Source: Phyllosticta citribraziliensis (taxonomy: Eukaryota). From it: DNA of 64,000 nucleotides. Each line of letters starts with the position of its first letter. Position 1 is the first letter of the stretch. Shown here piece after piece: positions 57,681 to 64,000 of this stretch. A program made the translations under genes and the position numbers. The stretch covers positions 310,001 to 374,000 of the forward strand of contig NW_027117351.1 of assembly GCF_038025025.1 (NCBI RefSeq). Reading direction: 5' to 3'. The notes beneath the pieces were generated by a model. The model saw nothing but the letters and a program-made list of their open reading frames with translations, searched no databases and was not told the origin of the DNA.

Positions 57681-59161
57681 TCAAGCGCCGTTCTTAGTAG
57701 CCGCCGCCCCATTACCATTCCCATTGCCATTACCCTCAGCCAGCGGCTGCTCGTCCGGCCGCCTCGCGCCGCAATCGGCCCAATTGCGCGGCCTATCACC
57801 CCACTGCTCAAACTTGGCGCCATCAAAGCTCCACACGCCGTTGGTCTTGTCGGCCTCGACGGGCTCCTCGATGACCTTTGCCAGCTTCTCGAAGACGGGG
57901 TTCTGTTCGGCCTTTGTGAAGTAGCGCCGCTCCCACTCGCGCCCGTCCTCGCGCTCCTTGCGCCGCAGCTCGCGCTGCTGGTTCTCGATGAACGACTTTT
58001 CGCGCCCCGTCGTGTCCATGTCGCCTCGTGCGATGGCTTGGGCGACCTTTTGCCATGCCCGGCGCGACTCGAGCTCGCCTTGCTGCTCGACGGGTGCCAC
58101 GGACAGCGGCGTCGTCTTGCTGGACTTGGCGTCGTACGTGTCGATTACGTCCTTGGACTTGCAGCTGCCCTTGCGGATGGTGAATTGGTCGGTCCATTGC
58201 CCGTCGATCGAGTACACGGCGTCCTTTTCCGTCTTGTCCGAGGGGTACAGCGTTGCGATGAAGCTGTTTCTCTTGCCGCTGATCCAGCCCTTGCCGCTGT
58301 AGTCGATCTTGGCCGTGTAGCCCGAAGACGAGGTGATGTAGGATTTTGAGTTGAGCTCGACGTATGGCGAGCCCGTGATGAGGCCTTCGATGTGCAGCGA
58401 GGGTAGCGTGATTAGGTAGTCTTCGTCAAAGGCGTCGAGGTGCAGGAGCGCGTGGCCGACTTGCTTTGTGACGAGTCAGCGCCATGGTGCGGATGCAGGT
58501 ACGGAAACAATTACCTTGATGTTGATGGTCCGCGAAAAGGAAGCTTTTTGGCCGCAGTAGCCAGACAGGCGCACGCCGTGCTGGTCGTTCCAAATCGAGT
58601 ATGCCGTCACGGGTGGGTGGTGGCTGACGCCATAGTCAGCAACATGACCCCTCCTTCACGAGTGGAATTCGGGGCTGCGTACCTGACCTGCTCGCTGATG
58701 AGCTGGGTTGTTCCTGCATCATCCTCCCACTTTCCCAGGAACAGCTCGCCCAGAAAGGGATTCAGCGGCTTCTTTTCGCTGCCCAGCTTCTCGCTCCGAC
58801 TGGCGTATTGTTGCTTGAGGGTGCTGAGGAACCACTTGAGGACGAGGAGGGCGCGCTCGGCGGGGTCTTGAGCGCTGGCCGGGGCGACGAATAAGCGCGG
58901 GTGCTCTGCCCAGTAGCTCGAGAATTCGGTGAGGGAGGTGGAGCTCAAGATGAAGGGCGGCGCCGTCATGGACGACAAATCGCCGTTGAATGAGGCGACA
59001 GACTGCGAGAAAAGCCATGGTCAGCAAGCATGGTCCAGGTACATGAGTGAGAGCAAGGCTCGGCAAAGACAAGTATCTAGGTGCGCCCTCACCTTGAGGA
59101 ATGAGGACCAGGACCCCCGCGACTGCGGAGGGACGGCCGAACCTGTATCGGCTGAGGACAT
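57681..59161 (-). CDS. KES1: Oxysterol-binding protein Kes1/Osh4
   Basis: Three introns. [44 protein letters not shown], signature [19 protein letters not shown]...KSFIENQQR. Confidence 0.96.
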
Positions 59162-60141
59162 GGTGTTGTGATTTCTTGGAATTGGCGGAGGGGGAGAGTT
59201 GGGAGGAGGGCGTAGAGGAGGACAGGCGGTTGAAATCGAGGGGCAAAGGTGAGATGATGTTGAGGGACCGACCGAAGTGGGTGTCCGGGTGGCTTAGGTA
59301 GCCATAGTCGTCATTACTTCGGACAAGCTATCCAAGGATAAACACCTCATGCGGCCAGGGTTCAGGTTCACTCGCCCACCTGAACGGCCATCATCCCGCC
59401 TTTGTTTCTGCTCAACTTCACTTCTTCACGCTGCCCTGTCATGCTGCCGTGGTCCCTTGGCCTCGTCCTGCGCGCTAAAACAAACGCACGTCGCCGTCAC
59501 TCGACAAGTACACACTACGCTAGCTGTTCCACCGCCCGCAGCTCCGCAGCTGACAACATTACCCGAAATCTCATTACCGTATCCAGCTTTGGCTTTTTTC
59601 TTTTTTTGCTTTTGCTGTGCCTCTCCCCCGCTGCCCACCAAGACGAAGCACTGGACAAGGCTTGGGCAAAAGGCGTGGCAGGGGACAGATGCTCAAAATC
59701 TCTTGCAAATGAGCACACCTCCCCTTTCGATCAACTACTCCTTCTGAGCACCCCCGTGATCATCACCGTCCCCAACCCGAAATCGCTCCGACCATCTCAC
59801 GATCCACCGACTGATCGCCTGGCTCACACGTGATGCATCTAGGAAGTCAGCACAAATTGAAGAATGCGCTCAAGGCGCAGTTGCGAAGCAAAAGCCCGAG
59901 TCATCTCCTCTGAAAACATGTGGAGCATTCGACCTCCCCAAAGGATAGACACAGGGAGTCAAGTGGTTGTGCATGCACGGCTTCGGTGACTAAGCGCGGC
60001 TCTGGGGTTGTATGACGTCTTATTTTGTTTTCAGCTGGGTAGGCGGCCCCCCACGTGCCAAGCTCCTCATGGTCCTAGATACAATGCAAAAGCACTCTGT
60101 CTGTATGCTCGCAGTCATCATTCGTCACAGTCCGAAACAAT

Positions 60142-62100
<1,959 letters not shown>

Positions 62101-63230
62101 GGTGATTGCTTGGGAGGTAAACGAGGGTACGATGGTGGGAGAGACGCAGGAGAGGAGTGGGTGTAGTTGTGAGTTGAGAAGAAGGAGGCGGGCGAGTTGG
62201 TACGGTGGGAGGACGAGGGAGACGTCCAAGCTCATGTCCGGGCGCCCGCCGCTGCAGACCCCCTGTCACCGCGTCAACCCCACCGTCTCTGCCCTCTTGG
62301 AACCCCGACGAACCTTTCCCGTCAACCAATCAAGACCATCGCGGACGACATCCTGTTACACGCGCGACTGTTGAGAGGCCATGGAGCATGATCCTCTGCA
62401 CGTCGAGACGCCAACCCTGCCACCCGCCACGTCTCCAACTCTACCTCAGTCAGGTCACGACTGAGTCTTCCGCGTGCTATTTTTGACACCATGATGCCAC
62501 TGAATCTCGACAGCTCCCGGTGCCATTCCCATCCATCGAACATGGTGACTTCAGGATCATCTTTCACAACTACAGGGAGCTGGAGTGATTCCGCTCCTTT
62601 CCCACTTCCTCGAGAACATTAGTCTTTCATATTTCCTGCAGGAGTATCACGGCTTTTGCTTTCCAGCCACCAACAAAGTCTCGGTCATTGAGTAGCCATC
62701 GCTGTCGCGAGTCTGTGGATTATGAAGAGATCAGTATGAAGATCTTTGAACACCACTCCTCTCTCTCTCTTTTCCAGTAAACTCTTCTAGCAGTCATGCC
62801 TTTTTTGATCTGTTATCCTTGTGTCTCGTGGGCTGATCGTAGGTATGAGTCTACGCCAGATCTTTCTCATTTCTTTCACTATTTCTCTCCTGCCTGTTGG
62901 TGGCTATATCTTGCGGCACGCGCTGGCTATTGCCACACGTGAGCCACTCCCATGCTGCTCTTTGGGCGCAGTCACCAACCGACGGAGTTGGAAAAGAGAG
63001 CCTCCCGCAGGATGTTTGTCGGCGGCCGCTCTAGAAAACACCACGCCATCGACTTGCCACAAACCAACATCGCTCAACACTTATCGTTGGAATTGCTTGT
63101 TGGCAAACGCCACCAACCGCGAACTTGATCCACGACCTCAGCTTAAATGAGAGCCTTTGAAGTTCTCGGCTAGGTTCTCCCACTACTCTCAGAGCCCGCC
63201 AGCCTCATCACTTGAGCCATCACCATCGGC

Positions 63231-63774
63231 ATGGACGACCTTCGTATTGGATTCGTTTCCCTGGACGTCGCCGCTCCCCCGACAGAAGATGTCGACGCTG
63301 AACCACACCGACATGCTCCAGCCCAGTCCATTCCCTTCATCTTGGTCGAAGACACAAGCCCAGATTCTCACCCGCTCATCGAGGAGGAAGGATCCAAGAA
63401 CAAGGTCTTCATCTACCTGGCCGGAAACAAAAAGAAGCAGGGGTTTGTCCGCCTCGTTGGGGCCATCGACTCCCACTTCACGCAGCAATTGGCGGAACAA
63501 GTGGCTGCGGAGGTCAAGAAGCCGAAATTCCTCAACGACAAGCAGAAAGCGCAGCTCAAAAAGATTGTCGTCCAGCGGTATTCGGCGGATATCGCCAGCG
63601 TCCATTTCTTTGGGAGCAACAAGAGCCTGTTGATCGCTCGCGACATCCCCTTGAATATCAGCAAGGCGTAAGTTGAGACTCGCGCAAAGATCACCCTTAT
63701 TTGACCTAACACGAAGATACAGCGAAGATGGCGAGGAGAAGCCAGAGGCCAGCACAGTGGATGCTCACCATTAG
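63231..63774 (+). CDS. Hypothetical protein (about 165 aa)
   Basis: Coding-like ORF from 63231. A GTAAGT donor at 63668 with CCTAAC branch and acceptor at 63716 or 63722 (both in frame) leads to a stop at 63774. Confidence 0.65.
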
Positions 63775-64000
63775 ACTTGTTGCGTTGAAGGAGCGAAGGG
63801 GGGTTTCCTAGACATTTAACACTGAGACTGCCCATCAGCACACCACTGGGTTGAGAGCAGTTATCCAAAGATTGATATTATCGAATTGCAAAACAGGAGC
63901 TTCTCAAGCAGGCCCATTTGCTTCATTGCCAGACGTTCAAGACATCGCTTTCCCTTCCTGAGCCCAAAGTGCAGTTCACATTCACATTCACATTACCATT

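Overview
Gene-dense, GC-rich euchromatic window from a filamentous ascomycete. Short GT-AG introns with CTRAY branch sites and abundant microsatellites suggest a Dothideomycete-like fungus (inference only). I can support about 22 intron-containing or single-exon protein genes, mostly housekeeping: a USP34-like deubiquitinase (truncated at the left edge), POP3, PIN1/ESS1, AIM6, RPB9, mitochondrial uL14, SET9, SGF73, ITC1, NRD1/MRN1, ALG8, NOSIP-like, TAZ1, STE14, a maltose O-acetyltransferase, a RING-ZZ-SH3 protein, a DHA1 MFS transporter, KES1/OSH4, PGM and several hypotheticals. No tRNA, rRNA, CRISPR or intact transposon was recognised. The most interesting signals are these. (1) RPB9 intron 2 hides an in-frame 132-codon alternative C-terminus with its own CxxC-x5-CxxC zinc motif, predicting a second RNA polymerase II subunit isoform. 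(2) A degenerate 33-nt tandem repeat family recurs at three intergenic loci. (3) A cryptic two-intron minus-strand unit lies in an apparent gene desert. (4) The RING + triple ZZ + SH3 protein has an N-recognin-like layout. (5) There are two GC-AG introns, and Set9 carries an unusual insertion and tandem TQT motifs. All gene models were assembled by eye and no database search was run.
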